A stretch of DNA of 64,000 nucleotides from contig NC_068983.1 of the NCBI RefSeq assembly GCF_001194135.2, positions 116,144,947 to 116,208,946 of the forward strand. Direction: 5' to 3'. The translations under genes and the position numbers were made by a program. This stretch comes from Octopus bimaculoides. Its lineage: Eukaryota. How positions within the stretch are numbered: position 1 is the first letter of the stretch; each line of letters opens with the position of its first letter. The notes under the pieces are model-generated. The model searched no databases. It worked only from the letters and a program-made list of their open reading frames with translations, and was not told the origin of the DNA. This document shows, piece after piece, positions 11,788-24,741 of this stretch.

Positions 11788-12975
11788 TCAAGGGGGTAAG
11801 GGCAATGCATCAGGTTCTATGTGTGTACTTTTAGACATTGTTGTGTTGTGTGGTGTGTGTGTTGTTGGGGATTTAGGGTTAGTATTTGTTGTTGGTGTTT
11901 GTGTTCTTGGTACTGGTGTTGGTCTATCTTTTGATGTTGGTGGTGGTGTTGTATCCCTAGTTGGTTTTGGTGTTGGAGGTAATTGTGATGGTGTTGTTTC
12001 TCTTCTTGATGCTGATGGTGATGTCGTTTGGTTTTGTTTGTTGGTATGTTGTTCTTGATGAGATTCCATTTTTTTATAAACTTCTCGGATCACTTATGGG
12101 TTTGGTGGTGTTGGTAGCAAAGGTTGTCTTCTATTTGTTTGGTGTTTTGGTTGTAACTGTTCTTGTTATTGTTTCTTTTTTTGCGTCAAAACGCACTTTG
12201 ATATTAAGTGGTCTGGACTGTCGCAGAGGGAGCAATGCGGTTTTTTTCCCCTCCGCCACCACATAGAGGCTTTGTCCGTTTTTGAGGTGGATTACATTTG
12301 GCAATTTTTCCAGGGAATCTTGATCCATCTGGATCGTGATTTCGATGGATTTGCCCGTCCAATTATCATTATAGACAACAGCGGTTTCCAGGATGTTTAT
12401 TGTTTTCAAATGAAAACATTTCGCCGAAGTAATCCACTTCGATTCAATTTCAGGAGGGTCATTTTTTATTTTGGTTTTGCTCACCCTCTGTCCCATGTAG
12501 TATGGGACCATGATGAGTTCGTCATTTTGTAGGGCTTGCGTACTGTGTTTTTTGCCTCTTCTTGATTATGAAAGCCGACCTGTACAGTATTATACTGGGG
12601 ACCCCAGTTTATATAATCTTTTATTTTCATAATCGCTTTCGCACATTTTTAGATATCTGTTTTAGTAGTTTGTTCTACTAATTTTTGGTTCTTTCGTATA
12701 ATTTTGTAGATGATTGTCCTTTTTTCCACATCCTCTCTAACTTGTGGTGTGTGCAGGATCAAATGTTGCCCGGATGTTGTAAAAAGTGATCTTGTCTCTA
12801 TCAGTTCTTCATTTGTGAAATGTAAAATTTCTTTTTTTTTGTTTGAGCATGTCTGCAAATTTTGTTGGATTTTCCTCTATAGTGTTGTTGTTGTTGTGGG
12901 TGTTGGTTGTTGTCTCAGTAAAATTGGTGTCAGTGGTGGCATTGCCTAAGGTAGTTGGCTTCATGACCATAGTGC
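11788..12975 (-). mobile_element. Decayed non-LTR retrotransposon ORF1-like coding region (RRM-like region, CCHC knuckle, Thr/Pro-rich tail)
   Basis: Frameshifted ORFs (…EDVEKRTIIY…, …MVPYYMGQRVSKTKIKNDPPEI…). One frameshift restores CSLCDSPDHLISKC (CX2CX4HX4C) at 12193-12234. No ORF2 adjacent. Confidence 0.7.
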
Positions 12976-13007
12976 TCTTTTTGTTGTTGTTGCTGTTGTT
13001 ATTGTCA

Positions 13008-13331
13008 CTGTGAGGTCAAATTTCCCCACTTAGAAGCATAGAAACCATTTCTATGCAGTTCTTTCAGTAATAGTGCCTTCTCTGTACACAGCATAAATGT
13101 CTTGAGTGGAACCTTGATTGAAAGTGAAGAGAAGTAGGTGTTGAAAATCTTCAATTTTTTCTACTTGGCACTCCATTGTTATATGTCTGTAAAGAAGTAA
13201 AATTTATTTAAATTTTTAAAATGATAAACAAAACTTGTAGATGAAGAAAGAACAATTAAAAATCACTGATATTTTTCGTGTTAATTCAAAAAACATTGGC
13301 AAGAAACTAATGAATTTACTTGACAATCCAA
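13008..13331 (-). mobile_element. 5' portion of a second mariner family (TIR plus HTH start)
   Basis: Minus translation MECQVEKIEDFQHLLLFTFNQGSTQDIYAVYREGTITERTA*KWF...GKFDL resembles the mariner HTH. TIR-like attggattgtc at about 13331. Confidence 0.7.
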
Positions 13332-13849
13332 TTCTTACCAGATATCATTTTGTTTATTTTTCCATGCTTGAATGGGGTGGAGGAGTCTGTACTGAAGTAC
13401 AGTATCCCACCACTTGTTGCTGAAGTCCTTTGTCATTTTCCAACTAAAATGCATGCTTCTGAGATCAGATTTCACTACTTCTTCCTCTTCATAAGCTCCT
13501 TTCCATTTGGATTGCTTGACATTTCTTTACCAGTCATCCTCCAGATGCAGCATAAGTCTGTATCAGCACAGTTTTCATTGTTGCATAGTACATCTGGTTT
13601 TTCAGATACTCATTTTTTTTTTTTTTTTTTTGTGCTGTCATTCATGCTCACTAACATTAGACATCCAGCAGAATAGGTATTTTTTCCCCAGCTTTCACAT
13701 TCATTGTCCACGTTTCACACCATACATCACATTCTGTACAAGTGGCTTTTACAATTACACTTTCATTTGAAGGGAGAAACTCTTCTTTTTGTTTTGCTAT
13801 TCAGAAGTAATAGCTCTCCGAATGTATTTCACTCTATATTGAATTTGGC

Positions 13850-15300
13850 TTTCAGAACACTTACTTCTACAGCAAATTAGGTCACCTAGGTAACAGAAGC
13901 TACTACTAGGAAGCCTCTTGTGTATTTGAAAGAATTTATTTCATGGGTGCTCTTATTGCTAACTACTCCTGTGCATCTGCTACACAGGAAATCTTTCTTC
14001 GTTGTCAGACTCTCTGTGATCACATTACATATTTTGCACATCTGTAGTTTATATTTGTAACACAGTACAGTCCTCTTTCCCCACTTCTATCATACACATA
14101 TGGAATATGGCCACCTGATAGAGAGTAGTAGAATCCAATCTTTTTTGCTAACTAAAATTTTTTGTTAGGTTTACTTTGAGCCATTTTGACTCTAGGGGGC
14201 CGCTGTATGTTTGGAATTGCTTCTCTAATTCAACAAATTCAGCTAAGAGAAGTAGGCCATCAGCATACAAAACGTTTCCATAGCTAGTATAAAATTCCTG
14301 TTAGAGGAGGGGGTTGAGAAGTGAGGTTTGATGAACACCTACCTGCAAGCTAAATGCCTCAATGAAATTTTTGCTGTCTTTCATCTTGTTGATGGTACCT
14401 TTGTATACGACTTGTATAGTTCTCACAAGCCATTCAGCTACCTCCAAGTTTTTTTACCAAACTGACAGCAAAGAGAGAGAGATACCCTGTCAATAGCCTT
14501 CTTCAGCTTAATGTCGCAGGTGTAGAGGCTTGCTCTTTACTAAGTACTTACCTTGTTGTTCTCCTACAAGATAGAGGCATTAGTGGTACCATGTTCTGAC
14601 AAAAACATAAACTGTATCTCCTCTAAGCTGATTCTCTTCCTAAATAATTGTGCTATAATTCTTTCTATTACTTTCATAACTTGAATCAACAGTTCAGATA
14701 TCTCTATAGTTGCTTATTTCAAGCACATCACCTTTGTCTTTGTGGCAGTTGATGATGATACTACTACTCTGTTCTTTAACACTTGATTTACTATGCAAAC
14801 TTTTATGTTCCAGCTGTTTTTCTTGCCTTCATATCATGAGACATGCTTTCCATTTCAGTTGGTAGTTCCCCTGTTGGGACTACTTTGGATAGTCTTTCCC
14901 TCTCTCTTTTTCCTATGATTCTCCTCATTCAGTAATCTCTCTCTATATAAAATCCTTTGTATCTCTGTCTGTTCCCAATGCATTCTCAAATGGCTCAAAC
15001 AAATCAAATCAAAGTTCACCACAATCATTCCATACACACTTTTTCTCATTTCCTTGATGATGTCTTGCAATCCAGAACACCTCACATCTTCCATTGCATA
15101 ACTATGGAAAACCACTTGCTTTTAGCTTCTCTCCATGCCATATATACCTGATGTCTAACTTCTCTTCTTATTGACCAATATTGTTCTTTTCTCCCCACAT
15201 TTTTTCTAAAGCTTCCAGAAACACTGTGCTCTCCACTATCAAATGAATCATTGGAGTGTCATTCTTAGAATAGACCTTCTTTTAATAACATTTGTCAGCA
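13850..15300 (-). mobile_element. Decayed RTE-clade LINE RT fragments
   Basis: Minus strand LKKAIDRV...EVAEWLVRTIQVVY...GVHQ...LYADGL motifs. Confidence 0.7.
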
Positions 15301-15344
15301 CCACAACCTATTTATGTTTGAGTAAGCTATGAAAGTTTAACAAC

Positions 15345-15500
15345 GATCATGGTTGTATGGTAAGAAGTTTGCTTCCCAACCACATGGTCCTGGGTTCACT
15401 CCCACTACATGGCACCTTCGGCAAGTCTCTTCTACTATAGCCTCAGGCCGATTAAAGCCTTGTGAGTGGATTTGGTAGACGGAAACTGAAAGAAGCCTGT

Positions 15501-15533
<33 letters not shown>

Positions 15534-15750
15534 ATGAGTGTGTGTCTTTGTTTGTCTCACACCACTGCTTGACAACCAGTGTTGGTGTGTTTAGGTTCTT
15601 GTAACTTAGTGGTTTGGCAAAAGAGACCAACAGAATAAGTACCAAGCTTTAAAAGTAAACATATACTGGGGTCAATTAGTTCAACTAAAATTCTTCAAGG
15701 CGGTGCCCCAGCATGGCCACAATCTAATGACTAAAACAAATAAAAGATAA
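15345..15750 (+). mobile_element. SINE family A (older subfamily)
   Basis: Homologous head, (TG)n and tail. Confidence 0.8.
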
Positions 15751-15859
15751 AAGAATGTAAGCACAATGTTCATGCATGCCATAAAAATCAATGACCAAAG
15801 TTTCACTTCCTGTGAGACTTCATCCATTCTATAAAGGAAGAACTAATATAGTATCCTGT

Positions 15860-16045
15860 ATTGGTTTGAAATTTTGGCACAAGGCCAGTAATTTCAGGGG
15901 AGGGCTAAATCAGTTACATTGACCCCAATGCTCAATTGGTGCTTATTTTATATCAACCCGGAAAAGATGAAAGGCAAAGTTGATCTCAGCGGAATTTAAA
16001 CTCAGAATGTGAAAACTGCTATGCATATTACCCAGCATGCTACCT
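15860..16045 (-). mobile_element. SINE family B
   Basis: Reverse-complement copy (gatgaaaggcaaagttgatctcagcggaattt). Confidence 0.7.
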
Positions 16046-16884
16046 TATCCTACATGTATATCAATGGTTCACCTTATCCTACACATAATATTAATGGTCC
16101 ATATTTCAGTTTTATGTTCACATTTTTCATGCTGGCATGGGTTGGATGGGACTCATTGAGGTAGTATTCTACAGCCAGATGTCCTTCTTGTCACCAGCTC
16201 TTGTTTTCTAGGTAAGGTACTTTATTTCACTGGTCTTTGCACAAAAACCAATGAACTTGCTGAATAGGATATGTTGCTTAAATGAAGTCAATATGAATAG
16301 ATATGGAAATACTTGCACATGCAAACACATACACACACACACACACACAATGGACTTCTGTACAGTTTATGTCCATCAGATTTTATTTGCAAAGCACTCT
16401 TAGCCAGCGGAAATAGAAGAAAATACTTGCTCAAAGTTCCATACGATGAATGGAATCAAAAACCACACAGCAATACCTTTGCCTCAAATTGCATTTATTA
16501 GAAGAGAATTTGAGCTTGTGAGATTTTTTCAGCATGTCTATTAACAGCACGAGATGAAAATGCAAAAATTACTTAGAATCGTTTTTCTGAAGGTAGGGGT
16601 ACTGCGCACTCCACTAGTAGGGCATGGCAATATTTTGGTGAAGTGTGGTTTACTTCAGAATGGAGCAAAAAGTAAGCAACAAGTGAATAAGACTTGCAAT
16701 AAAGGTTTAATTAACACTTGTTTTGAATACTGTTCAAGCTAAATTTGACAGTTTGTATAAAAGAGAAAGAAAACTCAATATCTCATCCAAAACTAAAAGT
16801 ATTTTTTAAAAATCAAAAAATAACCCATGCTAGCATGGAAAGCGGACGTTAAACGATGATGATGATGATTATGGCTGGGAGGTA

Positions 16885-17600
16885 GCAGTTTACTTAAAGT
16901 AGCTACCTTCAGCTCTAACCACATCCCCAAGACAGTTCTGGAACAAGGAACATGCATTCGTCACTGTGCCCCTGGGAAGATATTAAACACCTATTTCATT
17001 TTGGTCACCAGCTCAGCCTTGGTGTTGCAGGCAGAGTGGTTGGTGTCTTTTTCAACCATGTTTCACACATAGTAATCAATGGCATTACAATGAAAGGAAT
17101 TAGAAGGCCAGAAATTGGGGCTGTGAAATTGTAGAAATTCTCTGACAAATACTTCTGACTCTTTCTGGAGGTATGCAAGGAGCCAAATCCTGCTGTCACA
17201 CATATGGCTTTCTAGTAGTAACCTTCTCCAACCAGGGATTGACTGTCTAAATTGAGCCTGAGACCCAGTTCAAAGATGTGGGGATGAATTCTGGCAGGCA
17301 GACAGTCAGAATGCCTGCTGTGTCTCTTCCTGTTGGTCATGACTTTGTAGTCTCCATTGCAGCTGTCCATGTCTTGTTTTACAGCCTTTATAGTGTTCAC
17401 AAAGCATTGAATAGCAGTCATGACATTGGCATTTGCATTTTGATACCTGGTGTGAATGATTATGATACAACTAACTCTTTTCCAATATTCAGATGGCTTC
17501 CAGTCCTCCATGTCAGCTATCTTTTTCTCAAACACAGCTTTAATCTTTATGCTCATCAACACCACTAACTGTTCACCACTGCATTATGCTGTTCCTTAAA
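16885..17600 (-). mobile_element. Internally deleted Tc1/mariner-superfamily transposase remnant
   Basis: N-terminal WKPSEYWKR...NGDYKVMTNRKRHSRHSD joined to a C-terminal region like QDxAPxHTSRKSQKYLSENF...WPxNSxxCNxIDYYVW...EGSYFK*. Confidence 0.7.
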
Positions 17601-17837
17601 ATATATAAATCATCAAATTTAGCTGAAGACTCTCTGTGTATATGTGTGTGCTATATATCAATTTCATTCATGATGAGGTTCATGCTTTCTTGGGGAAAAT
17701 CAAAGTGGGGAATAGGATCAAAAGGTTGAAAAACATTGATTTAAAATAATTTTTAGGTAAATGAAATATTTAACTTGTTCTAAATGCTATCGTGAATTTC
17801 ATTAACAAGAATTACTTCTGCTGTCTTTCATTGACAG

Positions 17838-17880
17838 AACTAACATGAAAAAAGAAATGATAGTTCATGAGAACCATAAA
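17838..17880 (+). CDS. Candidate coding exon (TNMKKEMIVHENHK)
   Basis: Acceptor ctgctgtctttcattgacag; phase 2 start compatible with 10415-10495; phase 0 end at aaa|gtagag (alternative end 17886). Donor is weak. Confidence 0.3.
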
Positions 17881-18135
17881 GTAGAGGTTACCCCTGATCT
17901 AGTTTGATTTCTTGCACATTATCTATTTTACTTCACTTATGTTATTAATATTCTGAAGATTGATATGATCATCACACAATTCCACTTTTCATTCACATGT
18001 GAGGTTTTGTATCTAATTGGCTTATTAGTTAAGAGAACACCTATTTCACAGGCAAATTTACTTTATTTTTGCAGAAATTCAATTTGAACAATAAACTTTC
18101 TCATTAACTTTTACTTGGTGCTCTTTATATTTCAG

Positions 18136-18216
18136 AAGAAAACCAATGAGCTAGAAAGAAATCATGCAATTGCTTCGGACATAATGTTGGAATTTTGGCT
18201 GAAACAGATGGGATAA
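18136..18216 (+). CDS. Candidate terminal coding exon (KKTNELERNHAIASDIMLEFWLKQMG*)
   Basis: Acceptor ctctttatatttcag, phase 0, open to TAA at 18214-18216, protein-like composition. No homology recognised. Confidence 0.35.
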   Translation, partial: KKTNELERNHAIASDIMLEFWLKQMG

Positions 18217-19111
18217 ATTGATTTATATTCTTAATAATAGTAAGATGATGTAATAGGCTAATCAAGGCTCTGCACATAAATCATGGCTCTGACTTTAGAA
18301 ATTTACTTCAAAATCACATGGTTTTGCATTTGATCCCACTGCACAGAACCTATGCAAATGTCTTCTACTGTGATTTCGGCTGACAAATACCTTTTGAATG
18401 GAATGTGATAAACAGAAACTGCATGGAAGTCTATTGTGTGTGTGCATACTTTCACTATTGTGTATTGGCAAAAAACAAAAACGCTAGCAGAAAAAAAATC
18501 AATGCATTGCTTACAAAATCGCTGTTGTACCTCAAGCTATTGGCATTTCATTTTCATTCTCATTATCAGGAATGTAGTGAACCAGTGGTTGGCCCATTGG
18601 TAATCTATAACAAACAATACAATTGATCATAAATTGCAATCTAAAACAGATAAGTTACAACACCCTTGTATTTCATTTTTATTTTCATCCCTACTTTTGT
18701 ATAGTTTCTGTTCTTCAACTGATCAAGTAACTTGATGTCTGTGAACATTTCTGATTTCCAAATGAAATGACTTTATCTAAGCAAGAGTAGGTTTGTGCAT
18801 TGTAGTAATTCAAGGCAATGTAAATCATCTAGCTTTGATGATTGCAGTGTTAACATTTATTTCACTCAAACATAGTAATCTATTCACTAAGGCTGACAGA
18901 GAAGTGTCTTATATTTTTGTGTAATATCAGATGGGAGCCCCAATGTGAGAATAGCAATTAAATCTTCCTCGAATTATAGTTACTGCCTAAAAAAGGAAGG
19001 ACAAATGAGATAAGAAAAGACAAGATGATCATGCTGGAAAGCCATTGGTTATAGGTTGGCTGGATCAGAAGTAACAAGGAGTTAAACAATGTATTTTATT
19101 AATCAATTAAA

Positions 19112-19325
19112 GGCGGCGAGCAGACAGAAATCGTTAACTGCCAGGCAAAATGTTTAGCAGCATTTCGTCTGTCTTTCCGTTCTGAGTTCAAATTCCGCAG
19201 GGGCCAACTTTGCCTTTTATCTTTTGGGAGTCAATAAAATAAGTAGTAGTTTAACACTGGGGTCAATGTAATCGACTTAGCCGCTCCTCTGAAATTTGTT
19301 GTCTTGTGCTAAAATTTGAAACCAT
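19112..19325 (+). mobile_element. tRNA-derived SINE family B (Deu/Nin-domain-like)
   Basis: ggcggcgag...gagttcaaattcc...actttgccttt.atc...aataaaataagta; central domain resembles the Deu/Nin domain as recalled. Confidence 0.75.
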
Positions 19326-19493
19326 TAATTAATGTATTGAGATTGCTCCTAGTATATACAGTTACAAATAAGGGTGAGTCTCATGACCCTTTGTTTGGGT
19401 CCTTAAACTGTTCAAAGCAACTGGCCGTATCACCACAGTATATTTTAGGAAAAGTTGAATTACAAGTTTGGTCAATATGATTTATAGGATTAA

Positions 19494-19705
19494 GGTGATG
19501 AGCTGGCATGGCAGAATCGTTAGCATGCTGGGCAAAATAGTTAGCGGCATTTCGTCCATCTTTACGTTCTGAGTTCAAATTTCGACGACGTTGACTTACA
19601 TCCTTTCGGGGTTGATAAAATAAGCACCAGTTGACCACTTATATCGATGTAATCGACTAGCTACCACTCCCTAACTTTCTGGCCTCGTGCCGAAATTTGA
19701 AATCA
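19494..19705 (+). mobile_element. SINE family B
   Basis: Second copy adjacent to the first. Confidence 0.75.
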
Positions 19706-19949
19706 ATATGACTGATAGGATTATATCAGTGTTTTAGAAATTGAAACGTAACATTTTCGCATTATTATCTGAAGTATATTCTGAATCAAACCATCCGAAG
19801 CTGGCTGAAAACAGCATTCCTCTTTGTCTATTGACAGTAAATTACTACACTTTGAATTTTACTACTACTTAACCTACAAATAATATTTTATCACAACCAA
19901 CATAAATATTACCATAATCAATTTGTTTAAAATCTTGTCCTGGTGTTGA

Positions 19950-21429
19950 TAGCAGCAGTTACTTAGAGAAACAAAGGCGACAGTCTTTAAAATATATTCT
20001 TCCATAACAAGAAGAAAAAAAAGTTGCAAAAGTAAAAAAAAAAAAAAAATGAGTGGCTTCAAATGAAGAGTTGCAGGGTTCGAATTGCTAAATAGACACC
20101 CAGAAATATATGAGCATGGTACATTCGGCTAAGAATGAATCCGAAGAAGAATTGCAAAGGATGATTCCCGTAGCCGAAGTTGTGTCCCTTTGTATTGTAC
20201 TCTTCCAACAACTGAGGCAATGGAGCACCGCCATGTTGTGTGGAAGGTGCGACAGTTAACAGACGAATTATATTTTCCCGGATATATTCTTTGTTGTGTA
20301 TCGTTATTGATGGAATTTTCTAAGAAGCTGTAGACATAGGTAAGTAAATACAAATCGAAAAAAATTTTAAACGTCTGTTATTCCTATAAAGAGAAATTCA
20401 CATCCGTATACCGGTAATCAGCTCGGTCGCTACCTTTTTTCTTTTCTCACTATACACGCCTTTCTCTGACTAAGGTCCTTGTCATTTGTTTTTTCCCCTT
20501 TTTTCTAGCAACCCCATCTTTTCGGTTTCTTTAATCTTTAACCAACGAAATTTATGATGGCGAAAAGGTAGATCGTTTTCTGTGTATTTCAGTAAAGAAA
20601 AAAGAAAAGAAAGAATGATATAAAAAGCTGCTCCAGTGAAATTAGAAACAAATCCTATGTAAACAAAACATGAAACATTTATTATTTTACGAAAAATTGA
20701 CTGATTGAAAAGTTTGTTTATCTATGGATATGCACCATAATCGAAAGAAAATACACTTCTAACCGTATATTAATTCAGCATTTCATTTTTTAATTTTCAA
20801 AGCTTAATATATATGATCGAAGTATTTTGCTTTTGACTCAGCAGAAAAAAAAAATATTAAAATTTTTTTCTCTCGGTTCTTATGTGCTACTCTATGATTC
20901 TAGCTAATTCAACACGTACATTTCTGGTGTGATGAATGTTAATATATTACTAGTAAGATATTTTATCAATAATTCTGCTTTCCTTACTGCAGTTTCAAAT
21001 TTTCATTTAGCAAATTTTACAATAGCGATCAGTCCTCTTGGTTTTATTATCCATCCCCACTTTTTTCCCCTCGAGATGAAATACATCTGACATATTATTA
21101 CTTCGGAAAGTTCTTATCTCTCTCTCTCTCTCTCTCTCACAAGGAACAGAGAGAGAGTGTGCACTTGTTACCTTTATGTACCCCGGAGGTGTTTTCACAA
21201 CTTTTTACAAAATTTATTCACTATCTTTAATCTCACAACAATTTTACTTGAATGGTATGTGCCCCTTCCTAAAAAACAAAACAAAAACAAAACAACACAC
21301 TGCGACAGCTACACAAAAGAACTCAGTGATGAAGCTGCAGATGTGAAGAATTTATGTTGGAAAAGTGTGAATACTTCACGTCAATGCAAGCGGAGTCTAG
21401 ATTAAATAAAGTTTTATTTCTCGTGACAT

Positions 21430-21485
<56 letters not shown>

Positions 21486-22300
21486 NNNNNNNNNNNNNNN
21501 NNNNNNNNNNNNNNNNNNNNNNNNNNNNNNNNNNNNNNNNNNNNNNNNNNACACACATGCATGCATACACACACACAAGGACAGAGATTCAAGCAAAAGT
21601 AAACAATGCAGGTAAAAATGTATTAAAATTCGAATATTATCTTTTCTTAGACGTTAGGACAAAAGAAATAAGGATGAAATGAAATTGGAAATGGACCGAA
21701 GGTGACTAATATGTCGGAATGTGAGAGCGGTTGCAAGTGGAGAGGAGGTGCTACTATATCTTGTATTCCTGGTGATCAGTAACTTTCAGACTACTAAATG
21801 GCAACAATCTGAGAGTGTGTATATATGCGTGGGCTGTTGACGGAGCAGAGACGAATGAATCAGTCCAGTACTACTGTTTCACTTCTCTCTCTCACTTCTG
21901 GAAATGATGCAAACTAGATTGACTGCCAGCTTCAACAATTTTTGTCATATCATATGCTGCTATATAACAAATGCACTTCTTTTTATTTTCATCCTATAAA
22001 TTGGGAGTAAGGAGACAGAAATATGAGGAAGCAACCGGCATGTATACCACGCAACCACAAGCATACGAGTTTATTTAGATTTTTAAATGCATGCAATTGA
22101 CATTTGACGTTTATACATTTAATCGCACGAGTCACTGTAGCCTAGATAGGGTTTTAGATGTTAAATTTATTTATTTATTTATGCAAAGATTAAAATTAAG
22201 GACAGACTATGATTCATATTTTTTTCCATTTAACTTCGATCTTAAAAGAACTCTTTGCGTCTTCGTAGGGGAGGGGGTGATTCCCCCCCCCCTGGTGATA
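19950..22300. promoter_or_regulatory. CpG-retaining, repeat-poor region with strong splice signals; candidate promoter or non-coding first exons
   Basis: Consensus AG|GTAAGT donor at 20340 (+); minus-strand exon-like unit 21172-21268; (GA)n tracts. Confidence 0.35.
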
Positions 22301-24342
22301 AATTCTCCTGGATTCTATTAAATGCTATTAATTGCTTGCATTTTGTACATCGAATAAATAATATCTAGCTTCTGTATTGATTTCACATGCGATTATTACC
22401 CTAAAAAATATGCCCAAACTTACTTGGAAACTTAAAGTAAGTTTTACATATCTACGAGAATACAAATAATATTAGACTTTATTATGTGCAAGAAAAAATA
22501 AATGAAATGAAAAATTTCCATCGTCTGTTGGTTTGTTTAGTCCCATGGTAGCTCAGGGTAAGCACACTTATGATCATAGACATTCCACGCATGACTATTC
22601 TGTCCAACGCACGGCTATAGTATATCCTAGGACTACATTATTCAATGTGTCCTTTTTTAAATATGGTAGGATGGGAATTACAGGCGATTTTGGTTATCTC
22701 CTTAAGAATAAGAAAGTATATAGTTAATTTTTTCGTTTGTAATTTCTCTCCTTAGATTTATATTTTATTGATATATATCTCAAATTTTTGTACAAGTTAT
22801 TGGTACTTCTGAGACAACATTTGTAGATGATTGATAATTCCATGCTAAAAAACAGAAAAGAAAGAAAGAAAAAAAAACGGAGCTCAGCGATTCTTTATTT
22901 TATTTATGATTCATAAAGAAGAAAATGTCAGCTTCCATGACGCCATCGGCTAGTGATTCCTTTGTATGAAATTTGAGATTGTGACTAATTCAATTTATCA
23001 GAGTCAAATATGTATTGATGAGAGAATAAGAATTAATAACGCTTAAACAAAGAGCTCACCCATTTTGTAGTAAAGAAAAAAAAAGAAAAAACTGGGATCA
23101 ATTTCAATTTGATGATAATATTGCATAAAGATTAGCATTAGCTGAGAAATTAGAATTCCAAACTTGTAGCATATAGGTTGCATGTTCAAACTTTTTTGCA
23201 CTCCTTGTATTATATATATATATAAGTATTAAAATATAACATGGCTTATGTAAAGAACATGTGATCACTGCAATGTACATAACCAAAGCACTGCAGCATG
23301 GTTCATTAATGCATCTTTTGAGGAATCAGTAAAAAATTAAGTTATTTTTCTCAACATTATTTTTGAAGTTACTCATCATCAAATGCAAGCGTACACATGT
23401 AAGCACAAGTGTATATAATATTTAAGGTCCACATTTACTTTGTAGTTGCATTAAGTTAAATAAAGATACTAATATGTAGTTATAAAGTCAGCATGGGTAA
23501 AGAACAAATGTGTGAATGACTGTTATTGAACAGTAATGTATTGGTTATCTGAGTTATTGATTTTTCAACTTGAGAAGAATTTCTCTTCCCTGACACTGTT
23601 AGTCATGGTTCCTGTTGAGTCAGAATGATTAACTGAACAATATCAACCTATCCAAAAGCACATATATATAATATATATATATATATGCAATATTATCCTT
23701 CTAAAACAATTTTGCAGACATGTGAGTTTTCCTAAGATCTTATCTTTAGAACAATATGATTTCTTACATAGGCACAAGGGTTCAGATATGTTAGAAGGGG
23801 AAATAGGAAATTATGATGATCATACTTCTCCTTAGAGCCTTAGTAATGTGTATGAAATAGCTACAACCAGAGTGAAAACTGGGTCACAGTAGTTTGCTGG
23901 GAAGCAAGTTAAATTGAGAAAAGGAGCTGCTTCATAGGAAAACCAATGAGGGAACCACTGCACAACCTGCTAGAAATAGTAGTTACATTGAACAGTGTAG
24001 TTCCTGATATATAAAAAAGACATTTTCATATCTTGAATATCCTTTAGTCATAAGTTTACTCAATCAAGGCTAGCAACAATGGATATTACAATATTAAAGT
24101 CTCTTGGCACTATTAGTGATGACTAATCACATGACACTACACTTGAAGTAAGGACCTTAACGAGTGGTTAAAATCATCTGAATTACTAAACCTATATAGC
24201 TAACCTAGTTCAGAAAACGGGGAAATAAAACAGAATCTACTGTACTCCATTGCAGCCAATTGTTGATAAAATAGACGAAAAATATCTTAGCTATAACTCT
24301 CCACCTCATACAGTTACACATTGCAAAGAAATATTCGCAGCA

Positions 24343-24503
24343 GGCGTAGGAGTGGCTGTGTGGTAAGTAGCTTGCTTACCAACAACATGGTTCCAGGTTC
24401 AGTCCCACTGCATGGCACCTTGGGCAAGTGTCTTCTACTATAGCCTCGGGCCGACCAAAGCCTTGTGAGTGGATTTGGTAGATGGAAACTGAAAGAAGCC
24501 CGT

Positions 24504-24542
<39 letters not shown>

Positions 24543-24741
24543 GCGTGTGTATGTTTGTCCCCCCAACATCACTTGACAACCGATGCTGGTGTGTTTAGGT
24601 CCCCATAACTTAGCAGTTCGGCAAAAGAGACTGATAGAATAAGTACTAGGCTTACAAAGAATAAGTCCTGGGGTTGATTTGCTCAACTAAAGGCGGTGCT
24701 CCAGCATGGCCACAGTCAAATGACTGAAACAAGTAAAAGAG
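24343..24741 (+). mobile_element. tRNA-derived SINE family A (CORE-like, octopus OR2-like) with internal microsatellite
   Basis: A-box tggctgtgtggt, B-box gggttcagtccc-like, gcaccttgggcaagtg core, internal (TA)n(TG)n, tail gactgaaacaagtaaaagag. Confidence 0.85.

Noticed and set aside
11819-12532. Val/Gly-rich + strand ORFs that look like membrane proteins
   Set aside because: Antisense shadows of the Thr/Pro-rich ORF1 region.
24343-24420. tRNA gene calls from A/B boxes in SINE heads
   Set aside because: They continue into SINE bodies and lack full tRNA structure.
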